Origin: Nageia nagi | Lineage: Eukaryota > Plantae > Pinophyta | Length of the DNA stretch: 64,000 nucleotides | Assembly: GCA_050084985.1 (NCBI GenBank) | Contig: JBITNC010000001.1 | Location: 48,360,001 to 48,424,000 of the forward strand | Direction: 5' to 3' | Shown here: piece after piece, positions 25,154-40,300 of the stretch | How positions within the stretch are numbered: position 1 is the stretch's first letter | Layout of the letters: every line of letters starts with the position of its first letter | The notes under the pieces: generated by a model | Databases searched by the model: none | What the model saw: only the letters and a program-made list of their open reading frames with translations | What the model was told of the DNA's origin: nothing | Program-made: the position numbers and the translations under genes

Positions 25154-25378
25154 ATGTCTGCCAGTACTGCCGTATCGTTGCAGTCTCTACTGATTACACA
25201 TAGCGGGAGCCTTAGCCTAAGAAGAAGAAGATCCGAGTCTTCAATTTCATTTTGTGAAAGAATTAGAGGATCCCATCATCCTCTAGGTTGTAGAATGATA
25301 GCTATGGCATCCAGGAAACACAAGGAATCATCTGAAGACCAGGGATTGTCAGTGCTCAACTGGGTCAGGCACAGGAAG
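25154..25378 (+). CDS. VGT3: VGT3-like exon 1 (Ser/Arg-rich transit peptide)
   Basis: [13 protein letters not shown]...RHRK followed by donor AAG|GTATGC; phase 0, compatible with exon 2. Confidence 0.75.
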
Positions 25379-28300
25379 GTATGCGAATGAATTTCGTTCT
25401 TTGTTTGATGGTTCTAGTTTTAGAAATCAGAAATGGGCATCACGCATTAGTGGGATTTGAAGTTTTTTTGAGAACAATACCCACAGAGTTTACTTCTTTG
25501 AAACAAGCAGAACCTCGTAAGGCTGATCTTTTTGAGTTTATGATCTTCATTTTTTTTTTTTTTCAATTGTTTGTTTAGTTAATGTGCCCTGTAACTTATC
25601 TATCTTTTTACTACCATGGGCATATTGTGAGCAGAAGTGATGGTATGGTCATGCTTGGCTCGCATCTCGGCAGTTTTTTCAAGCACTCGTCGAGTCTCAC
25701 TACTATGGTCCCAACGATACCACAAGCTCTCAACAAGAGGGGTCTAGGTCAATGGTGTCACTTAAGAATAGCAAAAAAATGAAAAAGATAGTTGTAAATA
25801 TAAATGGTAGATCTGAACTTTGTTTCTACGAAATTTCAAATTGGTAGATTGGGCCTTAGCCTTCATTTTATACACTAAAAGTTTGCACACAAACATCAAA
25901 TGTACACTAGATCTAGCCCTCCTCAAGCTATGTCGTCATTCCTGACAATTAGAATTTAGATGACTAAAAGTAAAGTGAATCTCCTCCAATGTATATGTTT
26001 GGAAGCCAATGAACAAGGATGGTCATCTGCTCGCAAAGTTTGTTTAGTGATAAGATTTATAGGTGCCTCTTCTAGAAGTTGTGCTATCTGTCCAGTCACG
26101 CTTTTCAATGTTGGTAGTGGTCTAGCCATCAATGGCCTCTTTTCTCCAATCATACAACTCGTCTTATTTTGGTGGGGGTCAAGGGAGCGCTAAAACCCTT
26201 GGGGGTTCATGTACAAAAGGGGAGTGAATGTCAAACATGCTACTACCATAAAATAGTGTCTTACCGAGCCTCAAGGATACCATTTATAGAACAAGCATGT
26301 GATTAGTTTGTAGATGTAGTCAGCTCATTAGTATACTTGTTCATGGAAATAAGAAAGACCTGCATAATATACCGACCATTATTACTCTTCTTATAGAAAA
26401 ACAATTATTCTCCTACTTGTTCAATGGACATGCTCAAAGACATTAACCTTGAAATTTAGGGGAGTGTACCACCCATTCTTGCCTCACTCAAACCTCATAG
26501 GCATTAAATATGTATATCTATGCCCGACCCACTTCTTAGCATCAAAATTATGATCCTCCATATAATTATTAATGGTAAAGATCGTAGGCACTACGCGTAA
26601 ATAACATTGTTGTTGTATTATCCTAGCATCCATGAAATCAGCTGCAACTTTTTCCCAATTCTCTAATACAGAGTGACAAGGATTAACATTATATCAATGT
26701 TGGTGATTGTCCAATTATATAGAATATAGCTGAGTTAGCTTTGTCCAGATTGAATCTGATGAGAACTAGTCAAATGGGATAACAATGTTCTTCACCAAAT
26801 TGATGGTGCATCCACCTATCAAGTTAATTTATAATCCAGTTGTTCTGGCAAGCTCCAGTCCAACTCTCTAAGAGTGCTTTGAAAAATAATGGAGAGGATG
26901 AAGTGTCACAATAATTTTCCTTGACAAACACTAGTTCTCTTGGGCAGATCCTCGCCTAGCAAGCAGATAATGAAACCAAGCTGCAAGAAATGATACGGGC
27001 ATTTTACACAGTGCTCTTCCAAAATCATGCACTGACAACATGATAGATTCCTTTTCAAAGCAAATTTCAAGATCTCTAAGGTTTACGATAGCTCCTATTC
27101 TGAGAAGCGCAAGTTCTAGGTATGCAGCTTTGAGCATAGTTGAGAGATTCAGACACAAACAATGCGTAAGGTATAATCTTGTCAAAAACATGGATTTTTC
27201 ATAAGAAAACATCAAGATTTTTAAATATATGCAATTTTAAAATATTTGCCAAGAACATGGTGATTTTTGGAATATTCCAAAAGATAATGACTGTTTGTGA
27301 TTACTCTGTGAGTAGTACAATTTAAATACTTGTTTAATTATGTTAACATATTTGGGATTCAACTAATACTGGGAAGGTGGACTCTTTTTAAAATCTCAGA
27401 CTTTGCGAAAAAAACATAAAACTTATGAAATTATATGTAATATTGAACAGCAAAACCTTGTTAACTTGTGAGATTTTGAAAAACTTGCCAAAATTGGCTA
27501 TTTTTGGAATATACTAAAATATGTCAGTTTTTCTTTTTTGGGTGAGATGATGGATGTAGACAAGTCTCTTATGAATAAGAGATTGTACACTATTGGTTAC
27601 CAAAAAAATCGAGATTAAGATGACTTCAATGCAGGTAACTTCTAGGCTAGTCCATCCAGCAATAAATTGAAGGTTCAACAGGCTTCAAGTCAAGTTGGAA
27701 ATTCTTGATTTTATATTTTCAACTTCCATCATACTTCATGGCCTACTCTGTCCCTTACTATTGGGTTGGGTTAACGCTACTACATTTACATTGCTGGTAA
27801 CAAGGCATTGTGCAACCAACTGTTCCATTGAATCCTTGAAGAGTACAGTTCAGTGAGATTTCACTTCATATTACTGCTTTGAGTTAATCCTTAGGCATCC
27901 TTATCAATATCAAAGACATGCTATTCATGATGGGCAATAGACTAGACTTCAGAAGGATGGTCAACTTTTCAAACTTACATCTTGAACATACATTATACTT
28001 ATTAATATTCTTTTCTGTTTGGTTGTAGAAATAGCTTTAGACTTTTGAGCCCCTAGGGGGGAAACATTTCTTCTTTACATATTGTTGCAGCTTCAATATA
28101 TAGAATCTGAAACTTGTCTAAAATTTTACAAAACTCAAAATCCAACATAAAATGAAAGATAAATCTAACAATATTTTTCAAAATAGGAAAACAACTGCTG
28201 AATCCTTATAATAGATATAAAGAAGAGAGAAAAAAATTACAAAACCTTTTTTGATAAGGGAATGATTTCTAATTATAGGGATAGGAGTGTCCCATCATTT

Positions 28301-31300
28301 CCACAATTTTCGTCTCATCCCAAAAGGGCTCTTGATAGTTTGTTTTCTTCTTCTTTTGGCTCTTTTATCGCTTACATGTGGGATAACTGTTACAACTTCG
28401 CAAGGAAAAATAGTACCTGTTATAATTTATACGAACAAAAAATAATCTCAAATATAAGCATTGTAATTATATATTAGGGAATATCAGAAATAGAAATATG
28501 CAGATGCAGATTGTAAAAAATAAGAGCACTTCTTTATATTATCGTTTGCTTCTTCGAGGGTGCAACCTCCAAAATAATCAGAGCTTGAATTACAATTCTT
28601 CACACTCATCCTTTCACCTTTCACCAAGAGTTTTTATAATGTTTTGAATCTTCTCTTCACTATCACATTGTCCATCCAAATTCTAATCCTAATATATCAC
28701 TTTGGTGGGAAATAAAACAATACAAAGCACCATAGGACATATAACATCTAAACATTACTTATGTATGATAATTACACCTAAACATTATAAGGTAAGATTA
28801 TTATATAATGCGGACATAGGTGGTTACGTAACATGCCACACGCTTGGAAAGCTTTCACCTCAAAGCTTGAACTTTGGAAATTGTTGTTGAATGTTGTAGA
28901 GCAATTCCCATGTGGCACCTTCAGGTTGTAGCCCATACCATTGGACCACCACTTTTGTAATTGTGTAGGTGTTCCATGATTAAGGATGGCTTTAGGTTTG
29001 AGAAGTATGGAAGCCTCTTCATCTAACTTAGGAATTGTGTGTTGAATCAGAATGTTAGTGGAACATTGGGTGAATTTTGGAAGTTGGTGGTAACTCCAAT
29101 TTGTAGGCAACCTGTTTGATTTGTGGAAGTTGATCATAGAATTGTGGAGCTAGTTTTTGACAACCCTTAAGTTTCAAGGAGGTTTGGTTATATGTTTGGA
29201 GGTGAAAATAAATTATGTCTTTATTATTGAATTATCTCTTTGACTTGTATTGATTTGCTTATTGTTTAATATTATTATGAGTTGCTACCAACTTGTCCTT
29301 GAGAGCCCTAATTGTATCATTATGCGTTGTGAGATTTGAATTTATTGCATCAACCCTAGAATTGCTTGATAGTTGTGAAATCAGAGATGGTGGGGGTTGT
29401 TTGTGAATGACTTCATTTAGTGTCATTTTAGTTGAAAAAAATTGATAGGAAGTGTTGCACCACCATTCTACCAATGGAAGCTGTCAACCCCATTTGGACT
29501 ATTTTTCAATACAAACCGCTTATTGCAAGTCTACAAACATTTGTTAACTACTTCTCGTTGGCCATTTGTTTGCTGGTGGTAAGTTGAGCTAAGCTTTAAT
29601 TGAAGCCTTTTCTATTTGAACAATTCTTGCCACCAAAACTTATTGGCGAAGATGGGGTCTTTGTCATTGATAGTTGATTGAGGCATGCCATGCAATCTGA
29701 ATGTTTACTTCAAATGGAGTTGTGCTATAGTGGTTGCTATGAATTGGTGGGCTAGAGTGCAAAAATGAGCATATTTGGTAAGTTTGTCAACCACTACCAT
29801 AATTGTTTTGCCCTCTTGAAGTTGGAAGTCCCTTAATGAAATCCATCGAGATGTTAGACTAAGGAATGGTGGGAATAGGAAGTGGTTTGAGAAGATCATG
29901 AGTTTTAATGTTTTTCCCTTTACTGTTATTAACAATGGTCAAAGATGCTGAAAAAAATCCTTGGCATCCTTTTTTCTCCCTTCTCGAAAGAAGTTCCTTT
30001 TCACCTTATTATCATAGTATGATAGAAGCCTAAATGACCTATTGGAGTGGAATCCAACCCATGAAGCAACTTTGTTTTAAGGTTGGACTGACAAGGAAAC
30101 CAGTTGTCCTTTATAGTGGAATATCCCACCTTGTCACAAGTAATATTTTGTGACTTGGAATCAACATCTTAATTTTGAAGGATTTTGGAATTTTTTGGGG
30201 TTGTGGGTCCATTCTGCCTTGACCTACTTTATCCAATCTACCCTAGGTAAGGATAGGACACAAGGATTCCAAATTCTTCGAATAGTCTAGAAAGTGTATC
30301 ATCCACCACATTCTCTTTTCCTTTCTGGAATGTGATTTCTTAATCATACCCCAATACTTTGATAACCCATTTCTCTTGATCAAGAGAGGATACTTGTAAT
30401 TCTACTTTAAATTGTGGTGATCTGTCTTGATTTGAAAGTGTCTCTTGAGTAGATACAATCTCCAATGATGAAATGCATACATGATTGGCCAACATTTCCT
30501 TGTCATATGTAGATTTTGGCAAGATTTTTCCTATGCAAGGCCTTACTGATGTAGGCAATGGAGCATCCTTCTTGCATGAGGACTGCTCCCATACCTATTC
30601 TTGAAGCATCACTTTCTATAACAAATGCCTTTGTGAAGTGTGGCATGGCTATTACTGGACTGGTACACATGGTGTGCTTTAGTTGTCCAAAAGCCCTTAC
30701 AGTTGTCTCAGTCCAATGAAACAATTCTTTCACAATATGAGGTGTGGTTGTTTTCCATAGTCCTTTACAAATTAGGATTAATACTCAGTGAGTCCTAGGA
30801 ATCTGAACAAACTCTTCAAAGCAGTGGGTTTTGCCCAATTCGGCATGGCTTCTACATTTTTGGGGTCAAGCCATATTCCTTTCTCTAAAACTCTATGCCC
30901 CAATATTCTGCTTTTTAAATCCCAAAAGCACATTTGGACCTTTTGAGATAAAGCTGATTTTCCTAGAGCAACTGCAATAACTCTTTGATGTGATGAATAT
31001 GATCCTCCCAAGATTGATTGTAAATGAGAATGTCATCAAAGAACACCAACACAAACTTTTAGAGATATGATTACAACACTTTATTCATCAAACTTTAGAA
31101 GGTGGAAGTGCATTGTGAAGAATTAATCATGTATAGAGATTTGTCTATTGGGTTTTAAGCATACAAAGAGACATGGGAGTTATAAAAAACATTATGAAAC
31201 TCAACTACCATTGGAAAGTGAAGGGTCATGCTTGAAATGTATTATATTGCAGAATAGTTTGCTCATTTGAGCAATCTGCATTTGTGTCATAATTGTAAAG

Positions 31301-34300
31301 CAATAAAAGGCTCCATTTGGCATATAAAATCTTATATTCTTGTCTCTATCATTTCACTATTGTGTTATTGTGTTTAGCGTGCAGGCTATCATCTTTCAAG
31401 GCTTGTTGGGCAAAATCTATGACCTGTATATGCATACTAATGGTGATCTAGATATTCTTTGTCCTACAAAATCTAACCCAACTTATTTAACCTTGTCGGG
31501 CACACAATTTTAGACTGCTCGTGCTTTGAAGCATTAGTCTTAGATTGAATGCGGTTTGTAGAGTTAGCCCAAAACACTCAAAACTTGTTCTAGTGAATTT
31601 GATTTCCTGTCCTAAAACCACTTTTTCCATTTTGGATTTTTTTGTGCTTGTTTATAGACTTCTTGTTCGATTCTTGGTAATGTTTGGGCTTAATCAAGTA
31701 GTGAGGAGATTTTCAATGTTTGAGGTAAGGAATATCTTCCTTGCTCATTCTAATTTGGTGGTTTCCCGAGCAAAGGTCCAAATTGGTGAAGAATTTCACC
31801 TCATACAATTCATCCAATAAATCATCTATTGCAAGGATTGGGAATTTGTATTTGATGGTGATATTTTAGTTCCATGAAGTATAAGACTTTTCTTGCTTTA
31901 AGATCAATAGTAGTAGAATTGAAAAAGGGTTGACACTCTTGCATTGATAGTTTCCTAACAATCTGCTCAATCTTGATTTTTTGTTGGTTAGGGTGTCCAT
32001 AGGGATGAATGTTGGGTGGGTGTCTTCCAAAAATTAGGTGAATTTTATGATCTTGTTTTTTGACAGAAGGTACGTAAGATTTCTTCAAATAGGCTAGTAT
32101 ATCCATTCAAATAGCTTGCATATCTTGAGGGGTTTCTTTGGCCAACATTGCGGATTAGTTAAGATCTAAGTTGCATGAAAAGTGGAAACGTTTCCAAGTT
32201 TCCGAAATAGGCATGCTTGAAAAATGTGACCCCTCCAAAATGGGTACATCGGAAATTTTTATATATATATATATATAAACTTGCAAAAAAAAAGAATGAT
32301 AAACATATATAACATTTTAGAAGGAAAACCATGTCTATATTAACTCCCATAGATGATTACATGATGTAAAATCCAAAATAAGGCTTTATAGATGAAGCTT
32401 TACAAGTTTCCCAAGGTTTCCGAAATGGAAATGCAACTGTTTTAGATTTTTCTTGCAACTTAGGTTCAAATGATAGATTTAGGTACTTACTCCATGAGAG
32501 CTCTTTTGGAGTAGCTTATCCATCCTACGTGAGGTGATAATCTATGTAGGACTTGTTGGTTCAATGTATGGAACCTTCTACAATAAATTTCATCAATAAT
32601 TTTGAAAATCCCATAATATTGACCTTAGAGTCCTTAACTATTACCATCCTAACACCATATCACAACCACCTAATCGAAGGGCATATATAGTGGCGATTTA
32701 TAACTACCCATGGCTAAGTGAATGTTGGACACTTCGTTTTGTAAGACATCTTTCCCCCATTGGCCACCAACATTTGGAAATAATTGTAGAATGGTTGGCC
32801 ATCATTGTAATAACTGAAGTATGAGCACTACTCAAATCTAATAACACTACCACCTTTTTTCCTTTAATTTGTTTGATCACTCCATTCCTAATTTTTTCGA
32901 TCATTTTCAATCTTAATTTATCTCATCACTCTCATTCTTTATTTATTCAATCAGTTTCATTGTTTGAGGCATGGTGATCCTTGCTAGGGCATGTATAGAA
33001 ATCTTGAGAACTTCCTCCTCTAGTGATTGTTCTGCAGATTTTACAAGGGGCTCCTCCAGAGATTCTTTTGTTACTACACATACTTAAATTGAGGAGTCAA
33101 TTTCCATATCTAATAAATAGATTTCTTGTTCCTTACATTTGTGCCTTGATGTTCATTTTTCATCACAATCATAATAGAGCTCCATTTCTTCTGATGACAA
33201 CCTTTTGACAATAACTGGTTTAGGTGTTGTACATGTTATATTCCAATTGGGCTGATTAGTTTTATTATTAAAAGGCGGTAGATGATTGCTCTTTCATTGC
33301 ATGCTACATTTCCCTTTAACCAGCTTGGCCAACCTTAAACTTTCATCCAAGTGTTTGGGTTGAACATATGAACCTCAACTTATTACAATCGTGCAAGGAA
33401 AAATACTACTTGGTATAATCTATGAACAAAAATAAGCTTAGAATGTAAACATTTTTATTATATCTATGGAACAAGAAATACTAGAACTAGAAATACACAG
33501 TTGAAGATGGTCGAAAATAAGAGCACTTCCCTGTAATATCATTAGCCTCTTTGAGGGAACAACCTCCAAAATGAGATAAGTTTGGATTACAATTATTCAC
33601 ACTCATTCCCTTGGTTTTCACCAAGGGTTTTTATAATGCTACGAATCTTCACTATCATACCACTCACCCAAACTCTAAACCTAACATATCACTTTTGGTG
33701 AAAAATATAACATTACAAAGTACCATAGGACATATAACATTTGAATATTATGGAATATACCTAAACTTTATCCCTATATTTATCGCATACCTTGAAAGTA
33801 ATTTTTCCACTTTCTTCAACAAAACTTTGCAAATCATAATAGCATTTATTTAAATTACTTTACATAACAACTTTGTTGCATCTACCAATAGATATCCCCT
33901 TTTATGTGTATGGAATATGTCTAATCCTAACAATTTTTTTCATAAATACAAATATATAACAATATAACATTTAATGGGAATCATTTTTTGCATTGCATCC
34001 TTGAAAGATTGTTTTGATTAAGCATTAGGTGATTTTATCCATATTATAGACATGCCATTCATGATGGGAAATAGAATTCAAAATGATGGTCAACAATTCA
34101 AACCTAAATCTTCTTGAAGTTGTACGAGTCTTGTCAATATTTGTTTTAGTTTGGTTGTATCATTAGCTGTAGCCTTTTGCTAGCTTTAAGTCTCTATGGG
34201 TTCCTTTTGCTTCTTGAACTCAAGCACCTACTATCGAGTCCTACTGACCTACTTTGGTCACTCGGGGACATGAATAAAACTTCTTTCTTTCTTCTAACAG

Positions 34301-37300
34301 GGATTCTTTTCGTTTTGGAAGACAAAAAAAGAGGAAAATGCATGGAGATTATGCATAGATTGGTTAGAGTTCAATGGAACAATTTTAAAAGTTGATACCC
34401 ACTATGTAGGATCAAGGCTCTCCTCAACAAATTGAAGGGGACCAAGTCATTAGATATGTATGGACCCATCAGATGTTTGGAAACTGTCTTATAAAACAAA
34501 ATCTAATTTATTTGAGTGGCTAGTCATTTGTTTGGTTTTTTAGATGCTCCAATAAAGTTCATGAGGCACATAATTTTTTCCATGTTTAGTGGAATGAATG
34601 TGTTCCATGAAGTTTTCAAGACGGGTATAATAGGGATGCTTTTTAAGGACGGCTAGGATCTGGCCAGATTTTGGGTTCGACTAGGGGATATCTAGGAGAC
34701 GACAATATTAAAATATATAAAAAATATAATACAAATTTCTGATTTTTAGTATTTACATTTTTATTTGAAATATTCAAATATTAAATATACTTTTAAATAT
34801 TTAAATATTTTTTAATCATTAAAATACACTTTTCTTTTTTAAGCTGATTTTTTTTCTTTACCAATAACTTTATGCAAGTTTCTCTGACCCATTACAAGAC
34901 TTAGAATTCTTTTTTCAGAGTCACTTTATGCCACAACTAAGAAACTAAGAATTAAAATAAATTTAATTAAAAAAAGAAGACTATATTCATTTTGACAGAA
35001 ACAAGTTAACAAAACAAAAAGTTTAACACTTGAATATTTTTTGTTGGCTCTGTGCGTCCAACTGTGGGGGATGTTGGATGTTAGTTAAAATACCATCACA
35101 GATTTTGGATAAGAAAGAAGGAATGTTGAAAGATTCATCATTAACAATGCCTTGATTGAAGATATTGTCACCTTAAACAAGAATGGAAGACTATAAATCC
35201 ATGGACACCAAAGGAGAAGAAGATGTTTCTTAAGAAATTTTTCTTGTGTAACAAAGATTTTCAGAAAATTGCATCATTTATAGAACGCAAAATTGTTGTA
35301 GATTGCATTGATTTTTACTACAGATACCATAAATCAAAGGAATTTGAGATAGTGCGATGTAGGCAATAGCTTAAGAATTGTAGAGATTATCCATGACCAT
35401 TGACATATTTAATTCATTCAACTCCTCCAAATAATCGATGAAGGGAAATAACAGCTAACTGTGTCAAGAAGTTGTCTACTACCTTAGCCATGGCATCATA
35501 TAAAGAGGATGGGGTAGCACTCTATGACAATTCAAGTAAATTTGTTGAAATTGATCATATTGATTTTGTTAGTGCAAACAACTTTGAGAATCTTCCAAGA
35601 AATTCTAAGATAGTTAGGAGATGCTTGGGCATCTTGGGGATGACTAGGAGCCTTTGGGATGCCTACAAGTTTCAAGGATGCCTACAAGTCACCCTAGACA
35701 TCCCCAAAAGGGGTATTTTCTAGTTTGGGCCCTTGGGCAGGAAATGTTATGGGGAAGTCACAAGGACGTTTCGCACCTGTCCCTAAGTATTTGAAATGTT
35801 GCAAACTTTTCATGGATGCATAATTTATTTTGACGTCCCCTTTGAGTATTGTAATTAATTTTGGAATCCAACGGATTCCTTCTTTGTACATATTTAATTA
35901 TGTTTTTATTAGTTAGTACTTGGGATAGAAGACTTAATGGGCTGTTGGACCCCACTGTGAGCCCCAAGTGGGAAATCTCCCTCCCAAGTGTAGTTTAGTG
36001 TATTTTAATGTACTTGGAGATCGCGAAACATGATTGTGGGAACCCCAAGGTCTATTTAGCACTTAGAGCATGGATGATCACTTAACGGCCCCAACATTGA
36101 GATTGGGAGCACCTGTACACATACGCCAGCCTTTCGGAGACTTCTAGACCCCCATGTTGGCCCATGACACCCACGCATGCCCCCTATATGCCATATGCCC
36201 ATGCATGCCTCCTTGACCCACGCATGCATTCGTAAGCCCACGTTGAGCTTGAGGACCCACGCGGAGCATGAGGAGGCCCAAATACCCATGTTGGGCCTGG
36301 AATAACTCCTAAGTGCCATCGTTGGGGTTTGAGGGGATTGGGTGATGACTTTGAGGTGAGTTCAAATCTAGGAAAGTTATCTTAGCCCTTGGAGCATCAT
36401 TGTTGGATATACAGATTATTGATTATACACTTATAGTCTAGAGGACAAAAGTCTTGGCGCAGCGTCAAGCAACATCCCTAGGTGCAACATCTAAGAGGGA
36501 TGATAGGCTAAGGGATCTTGTTAATCTACGAATATGGTGTAGCACCCTAGCCCATCCGATGGTATTCCAAGGTCACACTTCTACCATTCAGTTGGTCGCC
36601 AGGGTTTGGAGAGGGCTCCTTCAGTGGAGAGTATTTAGATTCTAAGGGAGTGAGGCTTTCCCATTCAATGTTCCATCCGTCTAGCATTGAGGATATTCGT
36701 TGTGCCTTAGTTGGCTCTTTGGAGGCCAACGTTGAGCCCTGTGGGCCTGGTATTGTATCTTTGTTCATTTTGCATCATTAATACAAGCTGTGGGCTGTTG
36801 GATCTTATTGTTGTGTTGTGTATACTTGTGTATTGGCATCGCTGGTTTACTTTTGCATGTATATGTTTGTATGAGCCATACGTTGGCATTGTGAGGGTTT
36901 GAATACTTGTATCTGCTAGTCTTGGCCAAACGTTGGGATTATTGCATTGCTTGAACTTTATTTGAATGCCCTAGGTCAGGCGTTGGAGTATACTTGTGTG
37001 TTTTTGAGTTAATTGCACTTGAATTGTATTTGGAATTCTACATTTATATCACCTTGACCCATAATTGATGTTACCTTGGAAGATTAAAAGCAATTTGAAC
37101 ATGTTTCACATGAGTTTCAATATATTAATCACAAATATGACAAGATTCTTATAAGACTTAAATTTCTTTTTCAAAGCCACTTTATGTCACCTAGACACCT
37201 CAAACTTTTCATGGATGCCATCGAAAGCTTGTTCGGACTAATTATATGTCATAATTTCTTGGGATACTACTATGTGTAACACTTAATTGTTGCCCTCTTT

Positions 37301-40300
37301 ACAAAAGACTTTTGGTGATCTGAACTTGGTGATGAAAACCAAATTAAAAAATAACGTAAGTTTCGAACATGAATTTTATTTGTGTGGATTTATTTTGTAC
37401 AACTTTTTAGTGGGCTATGGGGCAACCCTGTCTAACTTTGTTCAGAAATTATCATGAACAAATGCAAAATCAATTATCGTCTACATTTACATGGAAACAA
37501 ACATATATTGCCACTGTTTCCTTTCATATTATGCAACTGAATCGAATTGAAACTGAATAAAAAAAGATGCCTAAAATGCATGCCAAAATGAAAGCATCGT
37601 CTTTTGAATAGCTTGTTTGAATGCTAGTTTATCCACACATGAAATAAATTAGTTATAACGGCCTTGGAGAAGGTAGCAAAAGAAGTATTTATATTTGTTA
37701 AGTCTTGTGTGTGTAGCACTTGTGGCCTTTGACCATTCTCAACAATGTCCATCTTTATGAGGCCAATGACAGATAACATGGGACTGCCTTATTTATCAAA
37801 GTTTTTGTCTGTAATTTCATTGTTTCTTGTTTCTAATTGCATTGGTTTTTTCCATCGTTAGCTTTATTGTTAAATGTGAATAATTTTTTTTGTTATTTTT
37901 AGTGTTTTTGATACCATCCTTTTTATCTTTTCTAATATTGCGATGCATTTTTTTTATTAGTTCTAAGCCAACATTTATGGTGTATAGATGCAAGTTGAAG
38001 CAAATGCATCAGGTTCGGACATTGAAGACCCTAAACAACCTCTTATTGGCTCAGAGGAAACCAAAGAAATATTTACTTGGTCTTCTCTCATTTTACCGTG
38101 AGTGTCATTACGTCAATCATCTTTCCATTTCACATTTTAGAAGTTTGCAGGTCATGAAGAATCGCTAATGAACTTATGATTCCATAGCTTTGTTATTGTG
38201 TAGGTAAGCTGTACAATTTTCTATTTTGTGATTTTGAAAAAATAATATCATGCATATGATGCTTTCATGAAATATTTAAGGGATAATTGTAAAGTCCTTA
38301 AGTTTTTTGTTAGTGCTTTTTTCTAATGAAGAATACGTATTATGCATATGATACTTTCATAAAATATTAAGGTTCAAATGATAATTGTACAACCTGTAAT
38401 GTACATTTCATAAATAAAAGATAATGCATGCATACACAGCAATTATAGTCTCACACATGCACAGTAAGTCATTGTGTTGTAATACACACTGACATCATGT
38501 AAACTATTAATTTTGCTTTGGGAAAATTCCAAGCATTATATTTTTGTAGCTGGGACTTGTAGTAGATACTGTCAAACACAGATTTTAGAGATGGTTATGC
38601 CTACCCATGAAGAACAACAAACATCTTACTGTAAGCCCTATTGTCAATAGACACGCTATACTCTCTAATCAAATGTAACTTAGCACAAATACAGGTTGTT
38701 TAGTGCTATGCTACTGTAGAAGAAGCCAACAAATTGCATATAAAATAAGAATGGAGTTATCTGCACATCTGTAAGAATTGCACCTGGAATTTCTGCTTAG
38801 AATTGGAGAAGCTTGGCTGAGCTTTCATTTCATTGATAGATTTCTTGGAATAATGACATGCTAGAATTATGATTTCATTTCCTTTTATAGAAGGGGAGAA
38901 ATCCTTAATCAATTAAGTAGTGGTCACCACAATGTCATGATTAACTAGTAGCGAATGTTTAACTAACACATTGATAAACTATTCCAAGTTGAAATCCCAC
39001 GATCCCTCTTGTTGTTACTTGTATTAAGTTACATTTGGTTTTCCAACACACTTATAAATAATATCTATTATACCTAATAAAGTATGTTCTGTCTAAATAT
39101 AAATTCCTCCTTGGAAAACTTTGTCCATAAAGCTAGTAAAACTCCCAATTAAGTAGGTCTAACCTGGAGTAGCATTAGGATGGTTGACCATATGGGACAT
39201 CCTAATATTGTAACCTTTTATATATCTTGTTACAGAACAAAATTTGTCCATGGGAGGATTGGAGTGCAAAACCTCAAAGACTACACACTAATAGATAACA
39301 TAGTAACTAGCTAAGAAACACTTAATTTATAGGAATATATTAATGGTAGATGAGGCCTTTTTCCTAGACCTGAAACCTTTCACAACATTAGTAGGGCTTG
39401 ATGGACCTCCATGAAAACCTTGTCTTTCCAAGTAGCAACATTTGTTGTAAATGTTGTCCACTTTATCCTGTACCTCTGCACTACCCTCCTCCTTTAATGT
39501 CACCTCCTTGTGTGGTTGTAGCCTCACAAACACCACGTCTCTAGCCTTACACTTCCTCCTTGTTCTGCCTTCCTCATTGGAACCCATGAACAACATCAAC
39601 ATCCCTTATGTCCAAGCCCCAACTTTCTTGCATATTTGTTATCAATGATGTTCAATGTATTTCCATGCTCTATTAAACTAATGCCTTAAAGTTTATTCTC
39701 TTCATTAAGCCAAAAATTTGAAGGTGTCAAAGCGGTCTAATCTTACTATAGCAACTAAAGAAACAAAAGTCTTCATGAAGGTGAAGTGTCCTCATTTTTC
39801 TACCCAAAAATTCACACCAATTTTTTTTTACATCAACAAAAATGATAACCAATTCATTCAATAACACAATAGAATGAAATGTTAAACTCATTGACACATT
39901 CAAGAAAGTATATACATGAAGGCATAATATATCTTTCCTTATTTACATTTTGATATACAATCAAATCACATTTACATTGAGACAAATATTTTCACAACAA
40001 GGTCTTCATAAATCTTCATTCTCCTTCCTCATCCTAGTTTGGCACTACTGGCCAAATTCTGAGATAAGCAAGCTTTTCGGGATCAAAACCAACTCTTAAA
40101 TGAAATGCATATCTAACTATCTTAATACATTTTCATATATTAACATAATATGACAAAAAAACTCATCTCAAATCAATTTAACTAACATCCATACATATAC
40201 AACATTCAATAACAACAATTTCCAAATTAAGGAAAATATCAAATAATCTCGTGAACTCTTCATCATACATCTATAATGTCTCCTTGTTCAACTTCACATT

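Noticed and set aside
25381-27215. Several short ORFs in intron 1 as extra exons or genes
   Set aside because: No recognisable motifs; exon 1 splices in phase directly to exon 2.
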